Shown: positions 38,073 to 47,147, counted from the first letter of the stretch. The stretch: DNA of 64,000 bases from a virus (IMGVR_UViG_2933660794_000001:24816-88815), one strand, 5' to 3'. Made by a program: numbers and translations. The notes: generated by a model not told the origin, from the letters alone.

Positions 38073-38227
38073 TGCTGCTGGTCCGCCTGTTCCACGGCAT
38101 CGACACCACCATCAGCCACCTCCCCGCCCCACTCGCCCACGCCGCCGCCGGCCTCCTCTTCACCCTCTTCACTGTCGCCTACACCACCATCGCCACCGTC
38201 GACCGCACCCGCCACAAGGAGCAGTGA
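38072..38227 (+). CDS. Small membrane protein
   Basis: 51 aa, TGATG coupling on both sides, one TM segment. Confidence 0.5.
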   Translation: MLLVRLFHGIDTTISHLPAPLAHAAAGLLFTLFTVAYTTIATVDRTRHKEQ

Positions 38228-38637
38228 TGCCGAAGCGAGTCCAGCGAAAGCGGACGGCCGGATGGACGGCTCCGCTCGACGCCCAGGGCCGAAAGCCCAT
38301 CTACGTTGGCCGCGGCACCCGCTACGGCAACCCCTGGGCCGTCATCCACCTCACCACCGGCACCGGCTGGGCAGTCCAGTGGGCAGGCCACCGCGACCAA
38401 CACCGCCCCCTCGGCCTCAAGGACCTCGTCCCCGCCAACGATCAGCGCGACGCCCACGCCCTCGCGGTCGAGCTGTACGAGAACTGGGTGCACGCCCATC
38501 CGACGCTCCTGGACCGGATCTGCCGCGATCTCGCCGGCCGCGACCTCATGTGCTGGTGCGCCGAGTCGCTCCCGTGCCATGTGGACGCCCTGCTGCGTAT
38601 CGCCAACCCTGAGAGGACCGCCCAGTGCGAGCCCTGA
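38227..38637 (+). CDS. DUF4326 domain protein
   Basis: IYVGRGTRYGNPW and LAGRDLMCWC...PCHVDALL signatures. Confidence 0.88.
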   Translation: MPKRVQRKRTAGWTAPLDAQGRKPIYVGRGTRYGNPWAVIHLTTGTGWAVQWAGHRDQHRPLGLKDLVPANDQRDAHALAVELYENWVHAHPTLLDRICRDLAGRDLMCWCAESLPCHVDALLRIANPERTAQCEP

Positions 38638-39083
38638 CCGTGAAACATCCGTGGGCCGCGGCCATCGCCCATGGCCCGAAGCGCATCGAAAACCGCTCCC
38701 GCCCCATCCCCGCCAAGCACGTTGGCAGCACGATCCTCATCCACGCCGGCCAGGCCGAGGACGTCAACGCGCTCCCCGCCGACATGATCCGTGACTGGCC
38801 CCATCACTGGGGTGCGATCGTCGCCGTCGCCACCCTCACCAGCTGCCACCAGGCGGCCAAGCCGCGCTGCTGCGCACCGTGGGGGTTCCCCGACACCTGG
38901 CACTGGCAGCTCACCAACGTCCGCGCCGTCACCCACCCGATCCTCGGCGTCCGAGGCCAACTCGGACTGTGGACCGTCCCCAACGACGTCCTCAACAAGG
39001 TGGAGCAGGCCTGCCACGACCTCCCCTACGAAGACGCACGTCGGATCCTCACCGCCCTTGAGGACAAGGAGCGCCGCCAGTGA
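38625..39083 (+). CDS. ASCH/PUA domain protein
   Basis: RALTVKHPWAAAIAHGPKRIENRS, ILIHAG, RGQLGLW. Confidence 0.88.
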   Translation: MRALTVKHPWAAAIAHGPKRIENRSRPIPAKHVGSTILIHAGQAEDVNALPADMIRDWPHHWGAIVAVATLTSCHQAAKPRCCAPWGFPDTWHWQLTNVRAVTHPILGVRGQLGLWTVPNDVLNKVEQACHDLPYEDARRILTALEDKERRQ

Positions 39084-39463
39084 CCGACTACCGGGAGAGC
39101 CAGGTGGACGCCGCCCTGGCCGACTACTTCGCCAAGAGGCAGGCGGCCCGCGCCGAGCGAGTGCGCGCCTTCCTCGACAGCCTCACCCCCCGCGAACGCG
39201 CCCTCGTCCAGGACGTTGCCGTCATGGGCTACGTTCGCGGCAGCATGCACCCGCGAGGCGAAGAGATCCCCCTCAACGCCGACATCCTTGCCGACGTCAT
39301 CAACGCCTGCTTCGTCTACCCCGACCTGTACCCGGCCGTCGCCACCATCGAGCGCTGCCCCAACCTGCGCACCGTCCCAGCAGACCCGCCCCGGCACCAA
39401 GGAGGCGTCCGGTGCGGCTGCGCCGACGACCCCGAGGACGACAACGACAGGACCGGCCTGTGA
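39080..39463 (+). CDS. Hypothetical phage protein
   Basis: 127 aa, GTGA coupling, AAGGAG RBS. Confidence 0.65.
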   Translation: MTDYRESQVDAALADYFAKRQAARAERVRAFLDSLTPRERALVQDVAVMGYVRGSMHPRGEEIPLNADILADVINACFVYPDLYPAVATIERCPNLRTVPADPPRHQGGVRCGCADDPEDDNDRTGL

Positions 39464-39612
39464 CCGACCTGCGGCCTGAGTTCATCGAACACGCCAGCAC
39501 CGACGCCATCCGCACCCAATACGAACGCGCCCAAGCCCAAGCCGACCTGTGGGCCGACCGCACCCGAGACCTGTTTCTGCTGCTCTGCCAACGCACCAAC
39601 GAGGAGGACTGA
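39460..39612 (+). CDS. Small hypothetical protein
   Basis: 50 aa from GTG 39460, coupled to the upstream stop. Confidence 0.5.
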   Translation: MTDLRPEFIEHASTDAIRTQYERAQAQADLWADRTRDLFLLLCQRTNEED

Positions 39613-39614
39613 CT

Positions 39615-40352
39615 GTGCGCATCCACTTCAGTAACGTCGTCCACGAGTGGTGGCCCGATCAGTGCCGCAGGCGGGGGCATCTCCGCGCCTCCGAAGACAC
39701 TCGACCCGTTATGGAGACGTCTTACAGCACAGTCGTTCGACCAGGAACGATCATCGTTTGGTCGGACCGCAAAGCGTACGAGGTCATCCAGATCGCCGAA
39801 CGGCCTCTAGACCTGTGGCCCGCCAACTACCGGGAGAAGTGGCAGGAATACACCGAATGGTGGGCTGAGCAGGTCGTATCAGGCCGCGACATGGGTCCCC
39901 AGCCCGAACAGGCCACCTGGGAGCATCGGCCGTTCGTCCTTGTTATCCGCCCCGCCGACCAGCCCGCTGCCAAGCCGAAGCACTACGCCGTCCGAGCATC
40001 CCGTACCTTCTACGTCCTGCCCGAGCACTACAGCGTGTGCCGTCTGTGCAACGAGATTCCGCCTTGCACGCACGCCACCACCGAAGCCGCTATCGACCAC
40101 GCCATGCAGCAGACTGAGCGGCTCATGGCAATCCAGCCCGGTTGCTGCCTCGGCTGCGGCAACCCCATCACCTCCCGTATGAAGGCTGTCCGCTTCCCTG
40201 GACCGAATCTGTGGCGCCCTGATCTCGGAACAGGCTCGGCGGTCTTTCATGCCCGCCAGGACTGCGCCACGTACGTCAGCTCGTACAAGCAGTTGTGGCG
40301 AGAGAAGGGCCATGCCGAGCTTCAGCCCGAACTGCCGGACGGTGAGGAGTGA
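39615..40352 (+). CDS. Hypothetical protein with Zn-binding motifs
   Basis: GTG 39615 with GAGGAGG RBS; HYSVCRLCNEIPPC and CLGCG...FH...C. Confidence 0.7.
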   Translation: MRIHFSNVVHEWWPDQCRRRGHLRASEDTRPVMETSYSTVVRPGTIIVWSDRKAYEVIQIAERPLDLWPANYREKWQEYTEWWAEQVVSGRDMGPQPEQATWEHRPFVLVIRPADQPAAKPKHYAVRASRTFYVLPEHYSVCRLCNEIPPCTHATTEAAIDHAMQQTERLMAIQPGCCLGCGNPITSRMKAVRFPGPNLWRPDLGTGSAVFHARQDCATYVSSYKQLWREKGHAELQPELPDGEE

Positions 40353-40570
40353 AGAGGCGTTGGGTGTCGCGGCGGGAGATTGTTCGGCGTCTGGAGGCCG
40401 TGGAAGCGCAGCTGGCGCAGCGGACGCCGGCGCCGCTCGACGGCCAGCAGACCATCAGCATCGGCCACATCGGGCACCACGCCTACGAAGGCCCCGGAGC
40501 CTGCCGGGCCGATCTGTTCGGGCAGACCTGCGGGGCGCACCGGGACGAACACAAGCTGATCCAGGACTGA
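40349..40570 (+). CDS. Small hypothetical protein
   Basis: 73 aa, GTGA coupling; H...C...CGAHRDEH. Confidence 0.6.
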   Translation: MKRRWVSRREIVRRLEAVEAQLAQRTPAPLDGQQTISIGHIGHHAYEGPGACRADLFGQTCGAHRDEHKLIQD

Positions 40571-40571
40571 G

Positions 40572-41651
40572 CTACGCCGTCGGCTCCGCACCGGCGGCCG
40601 CGCACTCACCGTCATCGACCAGACGGTCCTGAGACAGCGCGTACTCATAGATCAGCTCCGGCAGAGTTGACGCCCCCCACAACGCCTTCAACGCGGCGAT
40701 CTCCTGCTCCAGCTTGCGCTGCGAAACCCCGATCCTCCGGGCTATCACCTGCTGCGACACTCCCGCTGCGATGTACCGGAGGATCTGCCGCTGCCTGGCC
40801 GACGTCCGTACACCGTCCGGGCCCGACACAGCGTCTACCTCGAGCCGGCCACGCCGTGAGCGCAGCAGGCCCGTCCACGGCTCGCCGTACAGCCACATCT
40901 GATCGAACATTGCCGCCAGCACAGCGATGACAGCCCGGTCGGTGACATGCCACGCCGCATGTTGAGGGCCGCCGGTGATGTGGTCGGAGATGAAGGCCTG
41001 CTCCCGATCCACGATGATCATTCGTTCGAACTCGCCGGGCAGCGTCCGGTACTGGGCGACGCTGCCCGTGACACGGTTCGCCATCAGGGTTGCGTACTCG
41101 GCGGTCACCGGGTCGTCCCGGACGGTGTCCCGGTAGACCGTCCTCAGGCTCACGCCCCGGTCCAGCGCAGCAGAGTCACGGGTGACAGCCACGTCCAGGA
41201 TCGCCTTGTTCCGGGGGCCGTCGGGCTGCGCGGCGAGGATCTCCGTTTTCGCGCCGGCCACCACGTCCCGGATACGGGAGTTCACCGCGGCCTGGTCGTC
41301 GAGGTACTCGGAGCTGCGTCCGGGGCGGAACGTGGTGGCGGCGTACTGGCTGGCCAGCTCGTTCGTCAGATCCGGCAGAGCAGACATGAAGGCAACGCGC
41401 TGCTTGGCCTCTTCCAGCTGGGAGAACAGGACGTTTTCCAGGGCTCGTTTCGGATTCCGTACCACTGGCTTGCCGGGCCTGTCCGGGTCCTCCTGAATGA
41501 GGCCGAATGAGACGAGTTCACCGTACACGTTCGGATACTCGTCGGTAATACGTTCTGCCTGCACCCAGTCTTGCCGCACATACGCCCCATACAAGCGCTT
41601 CGCACCCGCCGACAAGATTTCCCCATCACCGTGCACGCTACCTATGGCCAA
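40572..41651 (-). CDS. Transcriptional regulator: TrmB-like N-terminus, PLD-like sensor domain, C-terminal LuxR HTH
   Basis: 359 aa; AKTEILAAQP, RGVSLRTVY, RMIIVDREQAFI, FDQMW, then RQRQILRYIAAGVSQQVIARRIGVSQRK. Confidence 0.85.
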   Translation of the reverse strand: MAIGSVHGDGEILSAGAKRLYGAYVRQDWVQAERITDEYPNVYGELVSFGLIQEDPDRPGKPVVRNPKRALENVLFSQLEEAKQRVAFMSALPDLTNELASQYAATTFRPGRSSEYLDDQAAVNSRIRDVVAGAKTEILAAQPDGPRNKAILDVAVTRDSAALDRGVSLRTVYRDTVRDDPVTAEYATLMANRVTGSVAQYRTLPGEFERMIIVDREQAFISDHITGGPQHAAWHVTDRAVIAVLAAMFDQMWLYGEPWTGLLRSRRGRLEVDAVSGPDGVRTSARQRQILRYIAAGVSQQVIARRIGVSQRKLEQEIAALKALWGASTLPELIYEYALSQDRLVDDGECAAAGAEPTA

Positions 41652-41933
41652 GGATCCGACCCTCCGTCAAATACCCTAGATCAAATGCGAGTTCCCGCAC
41701 TGCGCGCACCCGCACCCGCACAACGTTGATAACCAAACAAGCCTACGGCACCGTATGACCGGGGCGTCCCCCGGCGCTCGTACTCCGCATCCTCCCCAAA
41801 AGCCACACGCGTCTACTGCTGCCAGGAAGACCCGTACAGCCAAGGGGATTTCGCAGCAGGATCGGAACACGAGCAAAAACCGGGACGGCGCCCCGCTATC
41901 GTGTCCGCCACCATTTACAGAAAGGAAACACGC

Positions 41934-42146
41934 GTGCAGAAGCCACTGAAACGACTCATCGCTTCCCTCACACTCGCCACCGCCGTGGCCACCGGCACCC
42001 TCATCGCCACGGAATCCGTCGCCGCACACAAGGCTGACACCACATGGGGAGCATCCGCCACCACCGACGACACCGGCTGGGGCACCCCGCCCGGCGACAT
42101 CCTCCCCATCAACCTCCCCATCCCCCTCGACACCGGCTGGGGCTGA
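41934..42146 (+). CDS. Secreted peptide precursor with three DT(T/G)WG repeats
   Basis: GTG 41934 with AGAAAGGA RBS; 70 aa: Sec-type signal (KPLKR, hydrophobic core, VAA), then ADTTWG, DDTGWG and C-terminal LDTGWG. Confidence 0.8.
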   Translation: MQKPLKRLIASLTLATAVATGTLIATESVAAHKADTTWGASATTDDTGWGTPPGDILPINLPIPLDTGWG

Positions 42147-42161
42147 CCCTCACCGCGTGCC

Positions 42162-42200
42162 CCCTGGTGTCGGCTTGAGGGGAAGCAGCCGGCACCAGGG
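42162..42200 (+). terminator. Hairpin after the peptide gene
   Basis: CCCTGGTGTCGGCT ... AGCCGGCACCAGGG, 15 nt after the stop. Confidence 0.6.
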
Positions 42201-42255
42201 CTCACGCCCCACGGGCCGAGGGAACACCGCGCCAGAACCGCGCCACCGTAGAGGC

Positions 42256-42558
42256 ATGACCGACACGCCCCCGCCCCCGGCCGTCGACTACAGCGGACGC
42301 CCCCTCCACGAAGGCGACACCGTCGCATTCATCAGCGTCGACCCCATCGGACTCAACGAAGGCCGCATCCGCATCATCGGCCCCAACGACCTGTGCATCG
42401 ATACCGGCCAACACCTCGTCACCTTCCCCGCGGCCACACGCCCTCTCCTGGGCCCGGCATTCCATCCTCTCGGCGGCACGGTGAAACCGCGCCCGGTACC
42501 CGAAGGCGCCCAGCAGTACCCGGCCGTCGCCCTCCAGCCGTCCGAGGAAGGTGCCTGA
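42256..42558 (+). CDS. Hypothetical protein
   Basis: ATG 42256, 100 aa; DYSGRPLHEGDTVAF; coupled to the next gene. Confidence 0.55.
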   Translation: MTDTPPPPAVDYSGRPLHEGDTVAFISVDPIGLNEGRIRIIGPNDLCIDTGQHLVTFPAATRPLLGPAFHPLGGTVKPRPVPEGAQQYPAVALQPSEEGA

Positions 42559-42989
42559 TGGCCAAGCACCCGGAAGACGACCGCCGTCAGGCCCTGTGCG
42601 CCTGGCTCACCGCCAACGGCATCGACCCCAATGCCGTCCCCCTGGACGCCGACATGACCATCGACGAAGGCTCCGCAGGACGGTTTCTGCGCTGCGAGGT
42701 CTTCGACCTGGACCAGGACGGACGTAAGCATCTGGACGAGCGGGGAGAGAACGTGGCCCGCCGTACCGTCGCCGTGCCGCTGAAGGTCGAGCCGCCCGAG
42801 TGGTGGCAGCCGTACCAGAAGCCCACCCGCGACCAGCTCCTGGCCAGCGTTCAGGAAGTACGGAAGCTGCACAGACGTAACGAATACACCGGTGACTGCG
42901 AGCACTGCTCCGAACGGGACTACCCGGACTACGCAGTACCGCACCCCTGCCCCACCATCCGTGCCCTCGACGGCAAGGGCGCCGTCTGA
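42558..42989 (+). CDS. Hypothetical phage protein with C-terminal Zn module
   Basis: ATG 42558; WLTANGIDP; LH...CEHC...PCPTIRAL. Confidence 0.65.
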   Translation: MAKHPEDDRRQALCAWLTANGIDPNAVPLDADMTIDEGSAGRFLRCEVFDLDQDGRKHLDERGENVARRTVAVPLKVEPPEWWQPYQKPTRDQLLASVQEVRKLHRRNEYTGDCEHCSERDYPDYAVPHPCPTIRALDGKGAV

Positions 42990-43031
42990 GCGGAGGGAAC
43001 GCGGCCCGGGTTCGTGTCCAGACTGAAGGGC

Positions 43032-43787
43032 ATGCCCACGCCCAAACCCGCACGAACCCGCCGCACCCTCGCCGCCCTGATCGCGGCCGCGCTCACCGTC
43101 CTCGCGCTGCTCCTCGCCTCCGCCACCGACGCCCGAGCCGCCACCACCCCCCTCTACAAGGGCACCGGGTGGAAAGCCGAAACCGCCCAGGGCATCTACA
43201 GCCTCTCCCCCGACCCGTACACAATCGTCTTCGCCAACAGCACCGCGCGGACGAAGCTGACCAAGTACTTCACCGGGCCGGCAGCCCAGGTCACCACCAG
43301 CATCGGCGTGAAGATCACCGTGTCCACGACGATCGACACCACCACCGCAACCTGCCCGTCCCGGCACCGCATCGTCGTCCACTACACCTACCGGCCCATG
43401 GGCACCAAGGGTATGAGCCAAGCCCGGCCCTGCTACGCCATAGCCGACGGCTCCGCGTGGGGCGGCCACCTCTACATGGACAGCGAGTACTGGACCTCGA
43501 GCACCTGGTTCTCCTCGAACGCCACCACGAACGAGGCCCGCCGCAAGGACGCGGTCTCGCACGAGCTGGGTCACATCCTTGGCCTCGACCACCCCAACAC
43601 CGACCTCGACCGGGACGGCGTGGTGGAGAACGGCGAATGCGTCCGCAACTCGGCCGGCCTGCGCCCGCTGCTCTGCAGCCCGAACCGTGGGAACCCGCCC
43701 TCTACGGCTGGCGGGAAGTTCACCACCGAGTTCGACCTGCGCGGCCTGCGGCAGATGCTCGCCAACTACTACCTCCGGCAGCCCTGA
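43032..43787 (+). CDS. Secreted metzincin (matrixin/M10-like) zinc metalloprotease
   Basis: Signal peptide with RTRR and ARA cleavage site; HELGHILGLDH (HExxHxxGxxH); paired cysteines. Confidence 0.85.
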   Translation: MPTPKPARTRRTLAALIAAALTVLALLLASATDARAATTPLYKGTGWKAETAQGIYSLSPDPYTIVFANSTARTKLTKYFTGPAAQVTTSIGVKITVSTTIDTTTATCPSRHRIVVHYTYRPMGTKGMSQARPCYAIADGSAWGGHLYMDSEYWTSSTWFSSNATTNEARRKDAVSHELGHILGLDHPNTDLDRDGVVENGECVRNSAGLRPLLCSPNRGNPPSTAGGKFTTEFDLRGLRQMLANYYLRQP

Positions 43788-43879
43788 CCACGATCCGGGG
43801 GCCGCTGTCAGGGCTGCGTGCCACACTGAACTCGTCCGCTCCGCCACGCATCCCCCGTCGTGGCGGAGCGGTCGTGCGC

Positions 43880-44224
43880 TCACCCCTCGAGGATTCCCAG
43901 CTCGGTGTCCGGCCGGCAGAACGTGCACGCGGCCACCCCGCCCGCGAGCGCGCGCCGCGCCGTGTTCGAGTCGACGCCCTTCGACCGCTTCCCCGCCATC
44001 GTGCAGTCCCCCGTGTGCACGGCGTTCGGAATCGCGTCCCGGTTCAGCCCGTACTCGATCAACCAGTCCGGCGCCCGCTCCTCCGTGGCGGCCGCCACCC
44101 GGGCCTGCTGCGCCTCCCGCTCCCGCAGGCGGGCCATCTTCGCGTCGATCCGCTCCACCCACATCACATGCCAGGTACGCAGCACCTCGAGGCGCTCCAG
44201 GTCAGGCGGCAGATCATCGAACAT
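43880..44224 (-). CDS. DUF6233-like protein
   Basis: DLPPDLERL N-terminus; VHTGDC...ACTFCRPDTELG C-terminus. Confidence 0.75.
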   Translation of the reverse strand: MFDDLPPDLERLEVLRTWHVMWVERIDAKMARLREREAQQARVAAATEERAPDWLIEYGLNRDAIPNAVHTGDCTMAGKRSKGVDSNTARRALAGGVAACTFCRPDTELGILEG

Positions 44225-44246
44225 TACGACCGATTCTATGGGCATG

Positions 44247-44290
44247 AAAAAACAGCCCGCCACCTGGGGAGATCCCCCAAGCAGCGGGCT
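44247..44290 (-). terminator. Intrinsic terminator of the leftward early operon
   Basis: AGCCCGC ... GCGGGCT stem followed by a run of six T on the minus strand. Confidence 0.6.
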
Positions 44291-44342
44291 ATGTCGTGAC
44301 CACGCTCAGGGCGCCCCCTCCGTGCCCGGCCAACGCTACGCC

Positions 44343-44978
44343 TCACCCCAGATACGGCGGAAGAACCACACGCGCCCTCCGCGCCAGCGCAGCCGCTGCC
44401 ACCCAATTCCTAGGCCAGTCGTTGCCCAGCAGCACCTCCACCAGACGGCCCGCGGGCACCACCGGCACGCCCTGCACCATGAAGCCGCCGTCGGCGACAG
44501 AAGCGTTATGCACGGCGATCACCGGCTGCACCGGCACCCCCAACGCCTGACCCACCAGACCCGTCTCGTACAAGACGCTACGCACGGACTGACTACGGTC
44601 TGCCTGCTTCCGGCCGGCCTGCCCATGCCACAACGTCCCGCCCGCGGCATGCACCGGATACCGAACGGACCACAGCTTCGAGTCGACCAGGAACGGGCGC
44701 GCACCCGGCGAGATCAGTACATGGTCGGCGTTCGCCCTGCGGGCGCCGGGTATCGCCCGGTCATGTAACACGGTCCAGCCCGCCGCCTCGAGGGGACGTA
44801 ACAGCTGCGCGGTGCGCTGCTCACCGACCGCGCCGGCGTCACAGGCAGCCGCACGGGCGTCCGCCCGCCGCGCGGCCGGGCTCAGCCCCAGGACGGCCAG
44901 GACACGCCGCCACAGGCCCCGCCGGGCCGCCTCACGCTGCTCCTGGCCCCACTGGGACGCCGACCCACCCGCGGTCAC
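44343..44978 (-). CDS. NERD (nuclease-related domain) protein
   Basis: GAVGEQRTA, LHDRAIPG..ANADHVLISP, LVDSKLW; GTG 44978 coupled to the upstream stop. Confidence 0.85.
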   Translation of the reverse strand: MTAGGSASQWGQEQREAARRGLWRRVLAVLGLSPAARRADARAAACDAGAVGEQRTAQLLRPLEAAGWTVLHDRAIPGARRANADHVLISPGARPFLVDSKLWSVRYPVHAAGGTLWHGQAGRKQADRSQSVRSVLYETGLVGQALGVPVQPVIAVHNASVADGGFMVQGVPVVPAGRLVEVLLGNDWPRNWVAAAALARRARVVLPPYLG

Positions 44979-45466
44979 CGGCCGTTCTCCCGCCACCAGC
45001 GCAGGCCGTCGATCTCGGCCTCGAGGTCCGGGTCTTCCGCGTTGAGGTGAGCGCTGTAGCGGGCAACGGCGTCAGCAGCGTGCTCCCGCTCCGGGGTGGT
45101 CATGTTCTTCGTCAGCCAGCGCCAGTCGCCGTGGAGCCACACGGAATGCCAGGCCGCGTCCCCGGGGAGCGGCTGGCCCTCGGTGATGGAGTCGATGACG
45201 GCCAGCGTGTCGCGGGCCTGCGCCACAGCCTGGACGCGAACGGAGTCGGAGATGGTCATCTCACAGAGACGACGAACCCCCGCAACCGCAGCCTGAGCGG
45301 TCACCGCCTCCGCCTGGGAGCGTGCGGCGCGCGCATTGGCCCGGGCGGAGACCGCCCGCTCGGTGAGCAGCTGTGCCTCCATCTCGGCCCGTTCGGCATC
45401 GGCGGTGTGGGCGTGCTGCTGCGCCATCCTGAGATAAGCCTGGGTCCGGCGGAGTTCGTCAGCCAT
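44975..45466 (-). CDS. Hypothetical phage protein
   Basis: ATG 45466 coupled to the upstream stop; coiled coil then Trp-rich C-terminus. Confidence 0.6.
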   Translation of the reverse strand: MADELRRTQAYLRMAQQHAHTADAERAEMEAQLLTERAVSARANARAARSQAEAVTAQAAVAGVRRLCEMTISDSVRVQAVAQARDTLAVIDSITEGQPLPGDAAWHSVWLHGDWRWLTKNMTTPEREHAADAVARYSAHLNAEDPDLEAEIDGLRWWRENGR

Positions 45467-45726
45467 CAGGCCGCCTTCCGGGTTGTGGGACGGGGTCGGG
45501 GTCGGGCGTGGGTACGGCGGACGGTGCGCTGCCGGCGGTGACGCCAGCCACGCAGGACTTGCTCGGTGAGGTCGGATATCCAGCCCACCAGGGCGACGAG
45601 GAGGATGGCCAGCCACCACGGCATGTCCGTCCGGCCAGTCACCGCCCACCAGAGCAGGCCGAGACCGATACCGAAGCCGATGTACAGGACAGTGGAGAGG
45701 AGAGCGGGAAGGTATTTGCGGATCAC
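45466..45726 (-). CDS. Small two-TM membrane protein
   Basis: 86 aa, GGGAG RBS, two hydrophobic helices, basic tail. Confidence 0.6.
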   Translation of the reverse strand: MIRKYLPALLSTVLYIGFGIGLGLLWWAVTGRTDMPWWLAILLVALVGWISDLTEQVLRGWRHRRQRTVRRTHARPRPRPTTRKAA

Positions 45727-45789
45727 GAGGTGCTCCCGGTTGATCGGTCTTACCCGCCGACGGCGGTGTCTAAGATGTCCGTTTCTGTG

Positions 45790-46164
45790 TCAGACTGCGG
45801 CGGCCTTACGAGCAGCACGCCGACCCCGCCGATACGCACGCTCACCCTCCGGGCAGCCCAACTCACACGCCCACGGGTCCTCACCACGCCGCTGATGAGC
45901 AACGAACCCCGCATGGTCACCGTGCCGACGCCGCGGCTCCAGCACCCCATCCCTGCACGCCAGAAACACGGCATGAGTGATGTTGTGCGCACCCAACCTG
46001 ACCAGAACCTCCGACACCAGGTAGCTGACGCTGCTTTCCTGGATGCTGAGCTTGCTGGCCATCTGCCGTTGCGTCAGGCCCTCGGCGGCCAGTTGCAGCG
46101 TGCGGAGCTGCCGATCGGTGAGCGGGTCACCGAAGGACCCGATACGCCGGGACGGCGTGGTCAC
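45790..46164 (-). CDS. LuxR/GerE-type HTH protein with C-terminal His/Cys module
   Basis: GTG 46164; PLTDRQLRTLQLAAEGLTQRQMASKL...LGAHNITHAV; HG...H...C...C. Confidence 0.8.
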   Translation of the reverse strand: MTTPSRRIGSFGDPLTDRQLRTLQLAAEGLTQRQMASKLSIQESSVSYLVSEVLVRLGAHNITHAVFLACRDGVLEPRRRHGDHAGFVAHQRRGEDPWACELGCPEGERAYRRGRRAARKAAAV

Positions 46165-47147
46165 TCTCCACCCCCCAGACGCGGCTCCGTGTCGGGCTGC
46201 CCGGACCGCGCCACGGCGGCGTCGGCACCGATGCCGAGGATGTGCACCGGGTCCATCGGCGGGAGCTTCGCGGGGTGGCCGGGGCAGTGCACCGGGTCCA
46301 TGCCGGGCTGCGGTTCCCAGTCGTGCTGGGTGTGGGGCTGCCGGGTCCTGGCCCAGTTGCACGGGAGCGTGGCCCTGCCGTCCTGTGTCGGGTCCTGCTG
46401 CGCCGCTTCGGCCTCCTTGAGGACGTCCTCCAGGAGGAAGCCGACGTGCGCGTACATGCCCGGGATCGCGGCCCGGATCGTGGCGACGGCGGCAGCATGG
46501 GACTGCGCCCGGTATTCCGTGTCGGTCAGGCCGAGGTCCGCGGCCTTCTCGGCGGTGGACTTTCGGGGCTGATGCGCCTCGCCAGCCAGACGACGCAGCA
46601 GCGGCACGACCTCGCAGTGGCAGCCGTCCTCCCACGCGGGCTCGACACAGCCGTGGTCGGGGCACCGCTCGACCAGGTGCTCGGCGAGCACGGCGGTCTG
46701 CTGGTCGGGCGCGGGCGGCACGGCGTCCAGGACCGCATCGGTCACCGCGTCCTGCGGGCGGGTCTCGCCCAGGCCCTGCCGCCACGACTCGAAGACGCGG
46801 TCGACGGCCTCGGCGATCCGCTCCCGCAGCGTGTCCCGGTCGGTGGCGGGCGCCGGGCCGGCAGACGAGTGGGTGCGGGCCACATGGGCGGCGACGGCGG
46901 CGATGTTCCGGGGGTCGTCAATGGTGACGACCCCACACTCGTCGGTGCCGCAGTGCTCCCACACGGCGGCGGCAATGGCTTCCATCAGCGGGTCGCCGTC
47001 GATCCAGCCGGCTGAAGCGGCGGTCGGGTCGGTGTCGGTCACGGTCACTCCAGATGTCTGGTGCGGGCGGTCGGTCGTGGTGTGGGAGGCTGGGGCCGGC
47101 CTGGGCGCGGTAACGACGCGCCCAGGCCTTGCCGTGGGTGGGGTCAC
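46161..47147 (-). CDS. Mosaic hypothetical phage protein
   Basis: Long ORF with typical codon bias, coupled to both neighbours; alternative start GTG 47042. Confidence 0.6.
   Translation of the reverse strand: MTPPTARPGRVVTAPRPAPASHTTTDRPHQTSGVTVTDTDPTAASAGWIDGDPLMEAIAAAVWEHCGTDECGVVTIDDPRNIAAVAAHVARTHSSAGPAPATDRDTLRERIAEAVDRVFESWRQGLGETRPQDAVTDAVLDAVPPAPDQQTAVLAEHLVERCPDHGCVEPAWEDGCHCEVVPLLRRLAGEAHQPRKSTAEKAADLGLTDTEYRAQSHAAAVATIRAAIPGMYAHVGFLLEDVLKEAEAAQQDPTQDGRATLPCNWARTRQPHTQHDWEPQPGMDPVHCPGHPAKLPPMDPVHILGIGADAAVARSGQPDTEPRLGGGE

Noticed and set aside
41934-42146. RiPP precursor interpretation of the DTxWG peptide
   Set aside because: No modifying enzyme (radical SAM, P450, YcaO, LanM) or dedicated exporter nearby, and the leader looks like a Sec signal; a signalling role fits better, though modification by host enzymes is not excluded
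42288-44162. 624-aa minus-strand ORF
   Set aside because: Antisense shadow over three well-supported plus-strand genes, including the protease
44217-44234. LexA/SOS box at the start of the DUF6233-like gene
   Set aside because: Only the TCGAAC half-site is present; the second half does not match
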